Source of the DNA: Phoronis australis
Lineage: Eukaryota > Animalia > Phoronida
Assembly (NCBI GenBank): GCA_002633005.1
Contig: NMRA01000007.1
Location: 437,136-501,135 of the forward strand
Reading direction: 5' to 3'
DNA length: 64,000 nt
The position numbers and the translations under genes are program-made. The notes under the pieces are model-generated. The model was not told where the DNA came from and made no database searches. It saw nothing but the letters and a program-made list of their open reading frames with translations. How positions within the stretch are numbered: position 1 is the first letter of the stretch; every line of letters starts with the position of its first letter. Below, piece by piece: positions 62,415 to 64,000 of the stretch.

Positions 62415-63760
62415 CGTTTGAGTTATGGTGCGCTAGACGTTTTCGCTACGGCTTAAATAGACATAACAGTGTAGGTGAGTGCAATAATTAAGAGGATCAG
62501 GCAGCTGGCTGATACTGACACATGTCTTTATAATATGGTGTCAGATGATGATTAATCATTTGCAAAGCTTACGTCACGTTGTCAAAATGTGTCTGTTGTC
62601 GCAGCTCACGTCAGCAATGTCTCACCATACTTTTTGCCAGGGAAGTGTCTGTGGGCGCAATCTCTCATGTTTACAGCCAATGACGAATCTCCTGTTGAGG
62701 CATGTAGTGTGACACTCGAAACAAGCTGCAGAATAAGGTCGCTTGGTTGTTTCATGTCTAGGTAGTCCTGTGCAGGCGCAAGTTGTTACAACATCCTAAA
62801 TTGCCACACCTTCAAAATTGTGAAAATTTGGGTCACTATGGTTGACCCAAGTTATCACAATATGCTGTCACAAGTCAATTTTTCCGTACGTACCATAATA
62901 CAGGCCCAAATCTCTCACAATAACGTAAGATGTGTAAAAGGAATATTTTAGCTGCACAACCGCTAGATTCAAGCAATTAGAGTGTACATGCAAAGATTGG
63001 ATTTTTCATTTGGATCATACTCCCTAGGAGAATTATAATCTGAGCGACCAGCAAAATAGCGCATTATATTATCATAACTAAAAGGCACCGGTTTGGGTTC
63101 AGTAGTCCGTAACTGGTTTCAATATTATGTACAGTGCGATACTTCGAAACAGGCCCCAAACTTTTCTATTTGCTAATATTTTTTCTACTTGAGTTAGGGA
63201 TCCAAAAATTTGCATAAATCTTCACAATCCTATTGACGCGTACACCCAAGTTATTGCTCTATGCTGTTGATCAGTTGCTGTGTCGATTGCGCGCTCGACC
63301 GGTGTATTTGCGTCATCATAGCTGCGCGTTTTTCAGTTTGAAAAGGCTCATTGAGTTGTGCTGAGATGCTGATAGGGGACATTTCAAGCACCTACATCAA
63401 AGTGCTTGATTTGATCGTTGTAAGACTTTTTTCTCAATTATATTTTTTGTCAGCTCAAAAACTGCATCTATTACAAACATTACTTCATGCCTCATTGGAC
63501 TAAATTTGCGGGCACGCTGTCAAAATCGCTAGCATTAGAAAACCTCCAACTTTAAGTTCAAAACATAAACTTCACTGTCAGCCAAGTTTTGAAGTTCCTG
63601 CCCCTATTGGAAAATATTAACAAATGCTTGGGTCCTGTTTCGGGACACTCACCCTGCATATATATCTCTCTATTTCAGGGGCGGCGCAGCACTGAAAAAA
63701 GTGGGGGGCGAAAGCCCCCTCATTCCCCTGTGGTGCATCGCCTGTAGACCATGTGCGGCG

Positions 63761-64000
63761 CAGTGGCGGATCTAGGATATCACAAGGGGGCCCAACTTTT
63801 TGTCCGGCTGTAAGCATTTGCGCAAACTGAACCACGATAGATGCGCATAGCACCGAAGTGGGGGAAGGTCCAAGAAATTTTTCTGTTTTTACCTCTAAAA
63901 ATCAAGCATTTTCCTCGATTCCTGAAGACAAAAGAGGCGAAAAAAAAAAAAACGGAGAACGTGTCGAACAGTAAAAACTGCAAGCACCTAAGACTCGAAC
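63761..64000 (-). mobile_element. CAGTGGCGGATC-terminated element running off the window; homologous to 42005-42209
   Basis: 63850-64000 is the reverse complement of about 42006-42209 (GTTCGAGTCTT..GACACGTTCTCCGT..GGAAAATGCTTGATT..TTTAGAGGTAAAAACAGAAAAATTTC). Confidence 0.7.

Overview
Eukaryotic (animal) genomic DNA, AT-rich, rich in introns and repeats, with gene and repeat content suggestive of a marine lophotrochozoan such as a mollusc (inference). There are no prokaryotic features. Four protein-coding genes could be reconstructed by hand with phase-consistent GT-AG splicing. (1) SPRED (EVH1 + Sprouty domain), + strand, coding exons 16481-16661, 18554-18722, 21480-21526 and 21951-22844; the first exon was not found. 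(2) MAD2L1BP/p31comet, - strand, two exons, about 280 aa. (3) A RING-less B-box/B-box/coiled-coil TRIM-like gene, + strand, about 408 aa. (4) A six-exon gene, - strand 62414-51670, largely missed by the ORF track, encoding a 209-aa secreted protein made of a signal peptide plus one MAM domain and including a 22-nt micro-exon. The rest is introns and intergenic DNA containing two near-identical decayed RLE-type (Hero/NeSL-like) non-LTR retrotransposon copies, several non-autonomous DNA transposon families with visible TIRs and TSDs (9-bp, 5-bp, TTA, TA, TTAA-like), tRNA-derived SINE heads, long palindromes and a (TTA)n microsatellite. There are five assembly breaks (N), two of them next to duplications that may be artefacts. 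No novel multi-gene system is strongly supported. The best leads are the single-MAM secreted protein and several structured or ribozyme-like RNA motifs in retroelement remnants.
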